In this document: positions 38,211 through 48,556 of the stretch, piece after piece
Numbering within the stretch: position 1 is the first letter of the stretch
Layout: every line of letters starts with the position of its first letter
Assembly: GCA_965198005.1 (NCBI GenBank)
Contig: CBDAOI010000004.1
Location: forward strand, 1,184,001 to 1,248,000
Source: Spirochaetia bacterium
GTDB taxonomy: Bacteria > Spirochaetota > Spirochaetia > SZUA-6 > Bin103
Direction: 5' to 3'
Length of the DNA: 64,000 nt
The notes under the pieces: model-generated
Seen by the model: only the letters and a program-made list of their open reading frames with translations
What the model was told of the DNA's origin: nothing
The model's database searches: none
Made by a program: the position numbers and the translations under genes

Positions 38211-39221
38211 ATGAGAGCCTATATCATCAGGCGGTTATTGCTGATGATCCCCACGCTGTCTATATTGAGCATCCTGGTCTTTCTCGCGGTCCGCTTCATC
38301 CCGGGCGATATAGTAGACAATATGGTGGAGACTATGGAAAGTATGTACATGGGGCTGGGAGTCGACATTGACCGTGAAGCTCTTGAGCGTATGCTGGGAT
38401 TGGACGTGCCTGTCTACGTGCAGTATGGACGCTGGATAGGAGTGTTGCCGACCCCTGACTGGGTTACCGGTGAGTCCCACTTCAGAGGTCTCCTCCAGGG
38501 CACCCTTGGCGAATCACTGACGGGTCGAGGGCCGGTGAAAGAGCAGATAATCAGTAGACTACCGATAACCATCGAGCTTGGTGTCATGGCAATCGTGGTC
38601 GGGCTCTTGATCGCCCTGCCCGTCGGCATCTACTCGGCGATCCGCCAGGATACGGCCGCCGACTACGTGGGGCGCGCCGCGGCCATCATCGGCCTGGCAA
38701 CACCCAACTTCTGGCTGGCCCTGATGGTCATGATCTTCCCGGCGATCTGGTGGGGCTGGGCGCCACCGATGAAGCTGATTCCCTTCACCGAAGACCCGCT
38801 GGGGAATCTCGGGGTGCTTATCATTCCCAGCCTGATTCTGGGGACGGCTGCTTCGGCAACCACCATGCGGATGACGCGCACCATGATGCTGGAGGTGCTC
38901 AGGCAAGACCATATAAGGACGGCCTGGTCCAAGGGTCTCAATGAGAGGGCAGTTATTGTGAGACACGCCATCAAGAATGCGTTCATCCCGGTAGTTACCC
39001 TGATAGGCCTGCAGTTGCCCATCCTGGTAGGCGGCTCCGTTATCATGGAGAACATATTCAACCTGCCGGGTTTGGGTCGTCTCTTCCTGAATGCACTCAC
39101 TGTCAGAGATTACCCGGTGGTCTCTGGAGTAAACCTGGTTTTATCCAGCGTCGTTCTGTTGAACAATCTATTTATCGACCTGATTTATCCTTATTTGGAC
39201 CCAAGAGTACGGTATGAATAG
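38211..39221 (+). CDS. Opp/Dpp ABC permease, B-type
   Basis: MRAYIIRRLLL...TPNFWL...MLEVLRQDHIRTAWSKGL...LDPRVRY. Confidence 0.93.
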   Translation: MRAYIIRRLLLMIPTLSILSILVFLAVRFIPGDIVDNMVETMESMYMGLGVDIDREALERMLGLDVPVYVQYGRWIGVLPTPDWVTGESHFRGLLQGTLGESLTGRGPVKEQIISRLPITIELGVMAIVVGLLIALPVGIYSAIRQDTAADYVGRAAAIIGLATPNFWLALMVMIFPAIWWGWAPPMKLIPFTEDPLGNLGVLIIPSLILGTAASATTMRMTRTMMLEVLRQDHIRTAWSKGLNERAVIVRHAIKNAFIPVVTLIGLQLPILVGGSVIMENIFNLPGLGRLFLNALTVRDYPVVSGVNLVLSSVVLLNNLFIDLIYPYLDPRVRYE

Positions 39222-39244
39222 TCGCTGGCGCGAAAGGCCCTAAT

Positions 39245-40201
39245 ATGAGCAATGCCACAGAGGCACCCTCCGCCGTCAGTGAGCCCAATCGGCGTGCCGG
39301 GCTGGCTGATTTCTTTGTCAGGCTGTGGAAGGAGAAGCCATGGGGCACTATCGGCGGGATTATCATATTGATATTGATTTTCGTGGCCATCTTTGCCGAT
39401 GTTTTGGCTCCTTATCCGTTTTGGGAAATGCACCTGGTAGACAGGCTGCAGGGCTCATCAGCCCGGTATCTCCTGGGTACCGACCAGTTGGGGCGAGACT
39501 TCCTCAGCCGCATTCTCTATGGGGCTCGTCTTTCGTTAGTTGTCGGTCTGTCAGCTACCACCGTCAATGTTGTCGTCGCTTTCCTGATCGGCGGCATTTC
39601 AGGGTTCATTGGTGGCAAATTGGACCTGGTGGTGCAACGCTTTGTCGATGCCTGGATGTGTTTCCCGGGACTGCTCATATTGTTGACGATAATGTCCATA
39701 GCGGGGCGGGGTGTGTTGCAGCTAATACTTGTTTTGGGGATATCAGGAGGCATCGGCGGCTCAAGAGTAGTCAGAGCCGCCGTGATCGGCATTAAAGAGA
39801 ATGACTATTTTCTGGCCGCCAGGGCCGTGGGCACCCCTAGGAGCCAGATCTTCTTACGACATGTGTTGCCCAATATTGTGGCGCCGATCATCATCATCTT
39901 CTCGATCAACGTTGGCGGGGTCATCATTGCCGAAGCCTCGTTGAGCTTCCTGGGATTCGGACTGCCCCTCGGCGTTCCTAGCTGGGGCGGCATGCTCAGC
40001 GGAGAGGGGCGTCAGTACATGGAGGTGGCGCCACGGCTGGCGCTCTGGCCAGGGCTTTGCCTGACGATTGTCGTCTTCTGTTTGAACATGTTCGGCGATG
40101 CGGTGCGCGACCTGCTCGACCCGCGGCTCAGAGGCTCGCTGCCAGCGGCACCACGTCGGTTTAGAAAAGCCATCAAGCAACAAGAAGCCAGCGCGACGTA
40201 A
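39245..40201 (+). CDS. Opp/Dpp ABC permease, C-type
   Basis: LLGTDQLGRDFLSR...HVLPN...EASLSFLG...FGDAVRDLLDPRL. Confidence 0.93.
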   Translation: MSNATEAPSAVSEPNRRAGLADFFVRLWKEKPWGTIGGIIILILIFVAIFADVLAPYPFWEMHLVDRLQGSSARYLLGTDQLGRDFLSRILYGARLSLVVGLSATTVNVVVAFLIGGISGFIGGKLDLVVQRFVDAWMCFPGLLILLTIMSIAGRGVLQLILVLGISGGIGGSRVVRAAVIGIKENDYFLAARAVGTPRSQIFLRHVLPNIVAPIIIIFSINVGGVIIAEASLSFLGFGLPLGVPSWGGMLSGEGRQYMEVAPRLALWPGLCLTIVVFCLNMFGDAVRDLLDPRLRGSLPAAPRRFRKAIKQQEASAT

Positions 40202-40289
40202 CGCATGCGGTTCCCTAGTCGGGATGCCCCTGCAGGTGTGTCGGCCCCAGATGTCTTCGCGCTCGATCACCCCGGCGCCGGCATCAAGA

Positions 40290-40625
40290 TCCCCGACACC
40301 CAGCGCACGTACTGGATGTGGGCTGGGACGTCCAGTCCCCATGATGGCGCGCAGTCGCTCCTTTTGCTCCTCGGTGCTGGCGCCGAACTCTCTATCCGCC
40401 GTCAAGATGTCGACGTAGTCGCCGGGGAGCAGCCGCACCGAAAAAAACACCAGCATGCTCAGGATGAACAGCGTGGGGATGAACAGCAGCAGGCGCCGGA
40501 TGACGTAGGTGCGCACGGAAGAAGCAAGGCCTGGGGCCGCGCATGCCGACCCCAGACCCAAAAGCCAAAGACGAGCTAGTTCAACTCGGCCTTGAGCTGA
40601 CTGTCGATCCACATGCGCGCGTAGG
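40290..40625 (-). pseudogene. Remnant of a paralogous opp locus: binding-protein C-terminus plus permease-B N-terminus
   Basis: MWIDSQLKAELN* and VRTYVIRRLLLFIPTLF...; diverged copy of about 43190-43525. Confidence 0.8.
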
Positions 40626-40758
40626 GTCAGTCACCGTGAGCCATTCGCAGCGCTGTGGATCGGGAACGTCAGAAATGCCCACGTTCCAGGTCGGTCAACT
40701 CGGCCTCGAGCGGGATCCGCAGCCGCCGCACCTGGTCTGGCCGACTCTGAGATCGATG

Positions 40759-40995
40759 CTAGCCCTGTCGTTCGCCGGCTGTCCGCAGAACGTTTTTTGC
40801 CGCCTCGGGAAGCGCAATCGCAACAAAGTGTGACTCAGGGTAAAGGTAGCCGCCTGGTTCTGACCTGTCCTCATCGACGACACGAAGCATCTGGTGCCCC
40901 TCGGCCTCTGCATCGGGCAACCTCCGGTAGACTTTGCCAAGCATCAGACTGGCTGGGTTGGTGGCGTTGCTGATGCACAGCACATAGTCGGTCAT
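40759..40995 (-). CDS. Small hypothetical protein, second gene of a TA-like bicistron
   Basis: MTDYVLCISN..NPASL..GKVY..LPD....HQMLRVVDE...YLYPESHF. Confidence 0.75.
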   Translation of the reverse strand: MTDYVLCISNATNPASLMLGKVYRRLPDAEAEGHQMLRVVDEDRSEPGGYLYPESHFVAIALPEAAKNVLRTAGERQG

Positions 40996-41225
40996 CGAAT
41001 CACCCTCTTTGTCTTGAACTCCTTGCGGCCGACGCCGTGCGCTTCATACCAGTGGATCTCGGCTTCGCAGAACACGCCGTCGGCCAATTGTACAGTCGCC
41101 ATACCCTTCATCTTCCGCCAGCGTCCCTTACCGTGAGTGCGCTCGAGCCAACGTCGGATGTATACGCCTCGACCGACCGCGATCGTCTCGATGTCTCTGA
41201 CTTCGCCGAGGATCGTGAATTCCAT
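40992..41225 (-). CDS. Small basic hypothetical protein, first gene of a TA-like bicistron
   Basis: IETIAVG...GRWRKMKG.A.V.L.DG....AEIHWYEAHGVGRKEFK; ATGA overlap with the next gene. Confidence 0.75.
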   Translation of the reverse strand: MEFTILGEVRDIETIAVGRGVYIRRWLERTHGKGRWRKMKGMATVQLADGVFCEAEIHWYEAHGVGRKEFKTKRVIR

Positions 41226-41518
41226 CCATCGCTCGCTCTATGATATCTCATCATTCCCTGGGCCTCAAGGAAGGCATCGAGCGAGGACGCTCGGAAGAAC
41301 GCCAGTTGCTGTGCCGCCAAGCGGCGAGGAAGTTCGACGCGGAGACCGCCTCGCGGCTAGCTGCCCTGCTGGACCGCCTCTCCGATCCTGAGCGCTAGAT
41401 CCGCGTATGAGGACCGACGCTCTCCAGCCCAGCCACCGGCTCCCGGCGCCGCAGCGCGATGGCCGGGAGCCACGCTGCCCACGCTGCCCGAAGCGCTTGC
41501 CAGGCCTCTCGCGCTGGT

Positions 41519-42448
41519 CTATCTAATGTGGCGCGCCCGCGCGCGGGGGCCGGAGAAGCGGCCGGCGCCGCCGCGGAGGCGGGGGTCGAGCAGGTCGCGC
41601 ACCGCGTCGCCGAACATGTTGAAGCCGTACACCACAATGGTCAGGAAGATCCCCGGCCACATCGCCAGCCAGGGCGCCACCTGCATGTAGCGGCGCCCCT
41701 CGCGGCTCAGCAGGCCGCCCCAGCTCGGTACGCTCAGCGGCAACCCGAAGCCGAGGAAGCTCAGGGAAGCCTCGGTGATGATCACCGTGCCGATGGTGAT
41801 GCTGAAGATGATGATGATCGGCGGCATCACGTTGGGCAGCACGTGGCGCAGCACGGTGCGCCACACCGGGCTGCCGACGGCCTGCGCGGCCTGGAAGTAG
41901 GCGTTCTCCTTGACGCCGATCACCGCACCCCGGACCACGCGCGAGCTGCCGATACCGTACACCAGCCCCAGCACCACGATCACCTGCAGCGCGCCGGTGC
42001 CCAGGATCGACATCACCGTCATCAGCAGCAGCAGTCCCGGGAACGCCATCCAGGCGTCGACGAATCTCTGCAGCACCAAGTCGAGCCGGCCGCCCACGAA
42101 TCCCGAGAGGCCGCCGACGGCAGTCGCCACCACCACGGCCACCGCGGTCGCCGCGAACCCTACCAGCAGCGACAGGCGAGCGCCGTAGATGTTGCGGCTG
42201 AGGAAGTCACGCCCGGTGTGATCGGTTCCCAGCAGATGTTGGGCGGAGGGACCCTGCAGGCTCCGAGTCACGTCCTGGCGCTGCTCGGGGTCGGGCGCCA
42301 GCAGGTCGGCGAAGATGCTCACCAGCACGAACAGCACGATGATCACCGCGCCGAGCAGCCCCAGCGGCTTCTCCCGGACCAGCCGGCGCAGGAAGTCGGC
42401 GAAGGGGCTGCGCCGGCGCCGCTCGTCTTCGTTCTTGAGAACCGTCAC
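41519..42448 (-). CDS. Opp/Dpp ABC permease, C-type
   Basis: HLLGTDHTGRDFLSR...HVLPN...FGDAVRDLLDPRL. Confidence 0.92.
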   Translation of the reverse strand: MTVLKNEDERRRRSPFADFLRRLVREKPLGLLGAVIIVLFVLVSIFADLLAPDPEQRQDVTRSLQGPSAQHLLGTDHTGRDFLSRNIYGARLSLLVGFAATAVAVVVATAVGGLSGFVGGRLDLVLQRFVDAWMAFPGLLLLMTVMSILGTGALQVIVVLGLVYGIGSSRVVRGAVIGVKENAYFQAAQAVGSPVWRTVLRHVLPNVMPPIIIIFSITIGTVIITEASLSFLGFGLPLSVPSWGGLLSREGRRYMQVAPWLAMWPGIFLTIVVYGFNMFGDAVRDLLDPRLRGGAGRFSGPRARARHIR

Positions 42449-43407
42449 TAGTAGCGAATCCTCGGGTCGAGGTAGGCGTACAGCAGGTCGATCAGCAGGT
42501 TGTTGAACAGGATGAAGGTGGCAAAGAACAGGTTGATGCCCGAGACCATCGGGTAGTCACGGATCGACAGCGACGCGACGAGCAGCGACCCCAGTCCGGG
42601 CAGGTTGAACAGCGTCTCGATGATCACCGAGCCACCCACCAGGATCGGCAGCTGCAGCCCGATCAGCGTCACCACCGGGATCAACGCGTTCTTCAGCGCG
42701 TGGCGGACGACCACCATTCGCTCGTGCAGGCCCTTGGCCCAGGCCGTGCGCACGTAGTCCTGGCGCAGCACCTCCAGCAACATGGTGCGCGTCATCCGCA
42801 TGGTGGCGGCAGATAGGCCGGTGCCCAGGATCAGGCCGGGGATGATAAACGCGCCGACGTGGGCCAGCGGAGCCTCGCTGAAGGGAAGCAATCGCAGCGG
42901 CGGCGTCCAGCCCCACCAAACGCCGGGAAAGATCAGCACCATGAGGCCCAGCCAGAAGTTGGGCGTGGCCAGCCCGAAGATGGCGACGCTGCGGCCCGCG
43001 TAGTCGCCTACGCTGTCCTGGCGCACCGCCGAGTAGATGCCGACCGGCAGCGCGATCACCAGGCCGATGAGCAGCGCCGCCGCCCCCAGCTCCAGGGTGA
43101 CGGGCACTCTCGCAAGGATCTTCTCCTCCGCGGGTTTGAGGCCCGGGCGCACGGACTGACCGAGCGTACCGCGCAACAGGATCCCCGACATCCAGCGCAC
43201 GTACGCCAGGTGCGCGGGGACATCCAGTCCCAGCATCTCGCGCAGCCGCTCCTTGTCGGCCTGGGTGCCGCCGCCCAGATTAGGGTCGCTCATTATGATG
43301 TCGGCGTAGTCGCCGGGGAGCAGGCGCACGGAAAAGAACACCAGCGTGCTCAGGATGAACAGCGTCGGGATGAACAGCAGCAGCCGCCGGATGACGTAGG
43401 TGCGCAC
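42448..43407 (-). CDS. Opp/Dpp ABC permease, B-type
   Basis: RTYVIRRLLL...LEVLRQDYVRTAWAKGL...LDPRIRY. Confidence 0.92.
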   Translation of the reverse strand: MRTYVIRRLLLFIPTLFILSTLVFFSVRLLPGDYADIIMSDPNLGGGTQADKERLREMLGLDVPAHLAYVRWMSGILLRGTLGQSVRPGLKPAEEKILARVPVTLELGAAALLIGLVIALPVGIYSAVRQDSVGDYAGRSVAIFGLATPNFWLGLMVLIFPGVWWGWTPPLRLLPFSEAPLAHVGAFIIPGLILGTGLSAATMRMTRTMLLEVLRQDYVRTAWAKGLHERMVVVRHALKNALIPVVTLIGLQLPILVGGSVIIETLFNLPGLGSLLVASLSIRDYPMVSGINLFFATFILFNNLLIDLLYAYLDPRIRY

Positions 43408-43482
43408 GGTAGAAAGCAAGGTCTGGGGCCGCGCAGGCGGGCCCCAGACGCAAACTCCAAAGACGACGAGCTAGCCTGAAAG

Positions 43483-45273
43483 CTAATTCAACTCGGCCTT
43501 GAGCTGACTATCGACCCAAATGCGTGGATAGATCTGGGTCCACTGGCAGGTGCCCAGCCCCATCTCGCCGTCGTAGCCGGCGATCCACTCCTGCGCAACG
43601 TTGAACGTAGCAACCCGCGGACCCCAGAGGTACGTGTGCTGGTCGATCACGTACATGTCGAGCGCCTTCACCCGCCGTCGGTACTCATCGCCAGTGGCAG
43701 CCTGGGCCTCCTCCCACATGGCGTCGAACACCGGGTCGTTCTGGGCGGCGCGGTTGCCCGAGCGGAAGTTGTTCAATTGAATGAGGTGCGCGTAGTCGGC
43801 GCCGATACCCCAGTTGTCACTCATTCCGTCGAAATCAAACGCGGAGCGCCGTGCCGCGAACGTGGCGTTGTCCGGCGCCTCGATCTCGACCTCCACGCCG
43901 ATCTCCTTGAAGTAGCCGGCGACCAACTCCATGTAGCCCACGTCGCCGCGGGTGCCGTTGGTCATGATCGAGGTCGCGAAGCGGACGCCGTCCGCGCCGC
44001 GTGGGTAGCCGGCCTCGTCGAGCAGTCGCTCGGCACCCGCCGAGTCGTAGACCCAGTACTGCTTGATCTCCTGCGGCCAGGTATCGAACGGGTTGTCGAG
44101 GCCGATCAACGCCGGCCCGTTGGGCCCCATCGGCTGCCACTCGCCGAAGCCATGGAAGTAGTTGTCGTTGATGGTCTCGAGGTCGATCGCCATCTGCAGC
44201 GCATGGCGCACCCGGATGTCGCTGAGCGGCGGCTCATCGGTCTTGAACGCCAATGACGTCTCGGATCGGAGCGCGATCGGGAACAGCTGTATGCCCGGAA
44301 CGTCCTTCCGTAGTTGGACCGCGTTGGCGATCGACTTGATCCGCGAGACGCCGGTCTCCCCGCTGATATCGATTTGGCCGGACCGCAGTGCCGCAAGCCT
44401 GGTCGCCTCGTCGCTCATCATGATTTGCACGAGCTTGTCGACGTACGGGAGGCGGTTCCCCGGGTACTTCTCGTCGTCCTTCCAGTAGTTGGAGTTCCTG
44501 TCATAGGTGACCGAAACGCCACTGACGAACTCGTCCATGATATAGGGCCCGGTACCGATGACGTTGTGAGGGTCGTCCAGCAGGTCGAAGATCTCGGGCG
44601 GATAGGCCCGGTTCAGGCAGTCGTCCAACACCGCCGCCGTATGTGCATTCAGCTGCGGCTGCGACAACTTGAACACCAACGTCAACTCGTCGGTGGCCGT
44701 TACCGACTCGAGGGCGGCGAACGGCGCGCCTCCGGTCCCGAAGGGATACGGCGCGGGCTCTTCACCGGCAAACCTGCCGATGCCGTACCGTCGGTCGTAG
44801 TTCGCGGCCAGGTCGTCGGCGGTTAGCTGGCGACCGTTCACCGGCGGCTTGTCGTGAAAGAACACGTTGTCGCGGATCTTGTAGACGTAGGTCAACGGAT
44901 CCGGGTTCTCCCAGCTCTCCGCCAGAGTGGCCGATCAGGACGGTCCTCGGGAAAGTAGACCACCAACTTGTTGACGCTGCGGTCGACTGCCCAGTCCGCC
45001 ATACCCAACCGCTCCACCGCCGGTCCGGCGATGAAACGCCCCTGGGGGACCGAAAAACGCGTCGGCATGCTCAACGTTGAAGTTCAGCAGCGCAGCGGTG
45101 ATGGTGCCGCCATACTCCGGCTTCACTACCTGCTTGCCGGTGGACGGATCGGTCACGTACTCCTTCTCGGCGGCCATTGCCGCGTCGTCGTCTTCGCCGG
45201 CGGGGCCGGCGAACGTAACGGTAGCCACCAGCGCGAACGCCAGTGCCATGAACCAAATGAATCGAAGAGCCAT
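43483..45273 (-). pseudogene. Family-5 substrate-binding protein with at least two frameshifts near 44.9-45.05 kb
   Basis: MALRFIWFMALAF...DPSTGKQVVKPEYGGT, ERLGMADWAVDR and TYVYKIRDNVFFHDKPPVNGR are not in one continuous ORF. Confidence 0.85.
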
Positions 45274-45918
45274 AGTGCTCCTCCTTGTTTCGGGATCTCG
45301 GGTCTGCGACCCGGAGCCCGGGTTTATTTGCTTGCGCCGGTAACACCGGCTTTTTTGCATGGTGGTGGTGTCGCCCCACGGCGTGCGGCGGACGGCGCCG
45401 AACCGGCGGCCGCACGGGAGTGAGGGGCGCTGGGTGTGGATGTCTACGGGAGCCGCCGCGCTGTCGGCACGGGCGGCGGCGAAGGAACCGAGGGCGCGGC
45501 CAAGTGCGCCGTCAGCGCTGTCTACTAGTCGTAGCCTACGCTGCTTCTGTAGACTTTCGGGGGGGGGGGGGGTACAGGAAGGTACCGGCGGCGTCACCGC
45601 GACCCGGTGCCAGCGCTGGGAAGTGTCGTCACGCATGATCATCCGCATGTTTCCAAAACCCTGAGCATCGCACTATGGCACGGCGCGACAAGCACGTCAA
45701 GTCACCGATTCGGTGGCATCGGCGGAAACAGGGACGGCAGGGACGAACGGGGTGTGACGGGGCGTTGTGCGCTCTGGCTCAGGCCGCGGCCGAGTCGCTG
45801 GAGGCGCACCTGCTCGAACAGCGGGCGCCGGGTCCGGAGCTTTCGCGACGGGACCGGTTCCGACTCGTCCGTGAAGCATCGGCGACCGCGCGCAGTTATC
45901 GGTAGTACGGCAACGCCG

Positions 45919-46983
45919 ATGCTGTACGACGAGAACTACAAACGCCTGTTCGGCTCCAAGCTCATGGTCGAGCACCTGCTGCGCGCCTGCCTCCCCGCTG
46001 ATCTGCTGGCTGCGGCCGACTTCTCCGAATTGAGCGAGCTTGCCACCGAGTACGTCAGCGACGAGCTGCTCAAGCGCCACGGCGACACCGTCTGGCGCCT
46101 GCGGCTGGGCCAGCGCTGGGTGTATCTGCTGGTGCTGCTGGAGTTCCAGTCCGAGGACGACCGCTGGATGGCGCTCCGCATCCATACCTACACCGGCCTG
46201 CTGTACCAGGAACTGGTGCGCAACGAGGCGCCGGAGGTGGCCGCCGGGCGACTGCCGCCGGTGCTGCCGATCGTGCTCTACAACGGGCCCAGGCTGTGGC
46301 TCTCGACGCAGGAGATGGGTGAGTTGATCGCGCCGGCGGGTGCGTGGCTGGCCCGGTTTCAGCCGTCCCAGCGCTACTACCTGCTTGACCTGCGGCGCCT
46401 GGTGCGGGACGATCTACCGCGCCGCAACCTGCTGCGGGCGGTGGCCGGGCTGGAGCAGAGCCGGTCGCTGGCGGACCTGCTGCGGGTGTGGGGGGCGCTG
46501 CAGCCGTGGTTGCGGGACCCGCGGGCGGCGGAGCTGCAACGCGCGTTCGTGGATTGGATACGGCAGATGGCGGAGCGGCTGGCGCCGGCGGGCCTGGCGC
46601 TGCCGCCGGTGCGGACGCTGGAGGAGGTCAGGATGACGTTGGTGGAACGGGTAGCCGAGTGGCCCAAGCAGTGGCTCCGCGAGGGCCGCGAGCAGGGTCT
46701 TGCGGAAGGCCGAGTGGAACAGGGTCGCGAACAGGGTCTGGAACGCGGTCTGGAACTGGAACGCGGTCTGGAACAGGGTATAGAGCAGGGTCTGGACCAG
46801 CAACGGGCGCTCTTGTGCCGGCAGGCGGCGGCGCGCTTCGGGGCCGACACCGCCGCCCGCTTGGCCGCCGTGTTGGCGCCGATCGCCGACCCGGAACGGC
46901 TGGGCGAGATCGGTGACTGGCTGGTGCGCTGCGACACCGCCGCAGAGTTCCTCGCCCGCCTCGATCCCGCCTCGCCATCCTGA
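45919..46983 (+). CDS. Rpn/YhgA-like (Transposase_31) PD-(D/E)xK nuclease with EQG repeats
   Basis: YDENYKRLF...RHGDTVWRL...LLEFQSEDDRWMALR...LPPVLPIVLYNG; C-terminal EQG/ERG repeats. Confidence 0.88.
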   Translation: MLYDENYKRLFGSKLMVEHLLRACLPADLLAAADFSELSELATEYVSDELLKRHGDTVWRLRLGQRWVYLLVLLEFQSEDDRWMALRIHTYTGLLYQELVRNEAPEVAAGRLPPVLPIVLYNGPRLWLSTQEMGELIAPAGAWLARFQPSQRYYLLDLRRLVRDDLPRRNLLRAVAGLEQSRSLADLLRVWGALQPWLRDPRAAELQRAFVDWIRQMAERLAPAGLALPPVRTLEEVRMTLVERVAEWPKQWLREGREQGLAEGRVEQGREQGLERGLELERGLEQGIEQGLDQQRALLCRQAAARFGADTAARLAAVLAPIADPERLGEIGDWLVRCDTAAEFLARLDPASPS

Positions 46984-46989
46984 CGTGCG

Positions 46990-47372
46990 GAGTGGCTGAT
47001 CACTTGTAGCGCACCGGTACCCAGAATCGACATGATTGTCATGAGCAGGAGCAGTCCCGGAAAGGCCATCCAGGCATCGACGAATCTCTGCGTCAGCAGG
47101 TCGAGTCGGCCACCGACGAACCCCGACAGCCCGCCGACGGCAGTGGCCACCAGCACCGCCACCGTGGTCGCCGCGAAGCCGACCAGCAGCGACAGGCGAG
47201 CGCCGTAGATGTTGCGGCTCAGGAAGTCGCGTCCCACATGATCGGTTCCCAGGAGATGCTCGGCCGAGAATCCCTGCAGACTCCGGGTTACGTCCTGGGA
47301 CAGCTCCGGATCCGGCGCCAGCACGTCGGCGAAGAGACTGCGCCTGCGCTGCTCGGTGGCGAGGTCCGTCAT
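46990..47372 (-). pseudogene. Truncated, internally deleted C-type permease
   Basis: RRRSL is joined directly to FADVLAPDP (first TM missing); ends after GALQVI. Confidence 0.8.
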
Positions 47373-47975
47373 CGATAGCGAATCCTCGGGTCCAGGTAGG
47401 CGTACAGCAGGTCGATCAGCAGGTTGTTGACCAGGATGAAGGTAGCAAAGAAGAGGTTGATGCCCGAGACCATCGGATAGTCACGCAGCGACAGCGACCG
47501 GATGAGCAGCGACCCCAGGCCGGGCAGGTTGAACAGCGTCTCGATGATAACCGAGCCGCCGACCAGGATCGGCAGCTGCAGCCCGATGAGGGTGATCACC
47601 GGGATGAGCGCATTCTTCATCGCGTGGCGGACGACGACCACCCGCTCGCGTAGGCCCTTGGCCCACGCCGTGCGTACGTAGTCCTGCCTTAAGACCTCCA
47701 GCATCATCGTGCGCGTCATCCGCATCGTGGCGGCAGATAGGCCGGTGCCGAGGATGAGGCCTGGGATGATGAACATGCCGATGTGGGCCAGGGGATCCTC
47801 GCTGAAGGGATGCAGCCTGAGCGGCGGCGTCCAGCCCCACCAGATACCGGGAAAGATCAGCACCATGAGGCCCAGCCAGAAGTTGGGGGTGGCCAGTCCG
47901 AAGATGGCGACGGCGTCTCGACGATCAGGTCGTCAGTGGCCGTTACCGACTCGACGGGGATCTTAGAAACCATAA
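47369..47975 (-). pseudogene. B-type permease C-terminal half preceded by binding-protein shards
   Basis: AIFGLATPNFWLG...LDPRIRYR; upstream RBS + MVSKI, then ESVTATDD, an internal binding-protein motif. Confidence 0.75.
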
Positions 47976-48370
47976 AGGTTCCTCCTCGCGGGTCAACACG
48001 TGACCCATTTTTCTTACAGCCGGCAACGCCGGTTGATGTGGACTGGTGGAGGTTGCGGCCGACGGGTCGGCCGTTGGACGCGCGGATGTGTGGCGGGTGT
48101 GCGCCACGCGGACAGATGGTGACGCGCTCAGCACCGGCGCCGCGCGGTCGGCTGGCGCGGAGTTGGCTGAGCGCCTAGCGCCTAGCGGCGCGCGGTTGTC
48201 GGGTTGTCGGGTGCATTAGCGCAAGCCGGTGGCCGGGCTGGCTAGTGCAAGTCCCATACGTTGGCGAGTGTAGCCGGCCGCCCACGTTAGTGCAAGCGCT
48301 TGTCGGTGAGCGGGGCTAGCACGCCTCGTCTGGTCCCGCACACCGCCGCCTGTGCACGGACCCTTCGGGT

Positions 48371-48432
48371 CCTTAGCGCCCGCAGGAGCTGCGCTCCTGC
48401 GGGCGCTAAGGCCGGCGGAGCCGGCCTTAGCG
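48371..48432. repeat. Perfect 19-bp-stem palindrome plus an adjacent hairpin
   Basis: CCTTAGCGCCCGCAGGAGC-TGC-GCTCCTGCGGGCGCTAAGG at 48371-48411. Confidence 0.75.
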
Positions 48433-48556
48433 CGTCCTCAGCACGTCCTCAGCTTTGCGCAGCATCAGCGGCGACCGCGAAGTGGCAAGCCCCACGTCTC
48501 TTCGCTTAACGTAATACAGTTGACATGCTGACGGTGTTTGCGTAGTTATTGTCATC

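Noticed and set aside
45280-45360. Riboswitch upstream of the binding-protein gene
   Set aside because: Short hairpins are present, but I recognise no aptamer consensus; this needs cmscan.
45559-45572. Poly-G tract as a phase-variation switch
   Set aside because: It is intergenic and far from either start codon, and homopolymer length is unreliable in this assembly.
46681-46803. Tandem DNA repeats as a non-coding array
   Set aside because: They encode the EQG repeats typical of Rpn C-termini.
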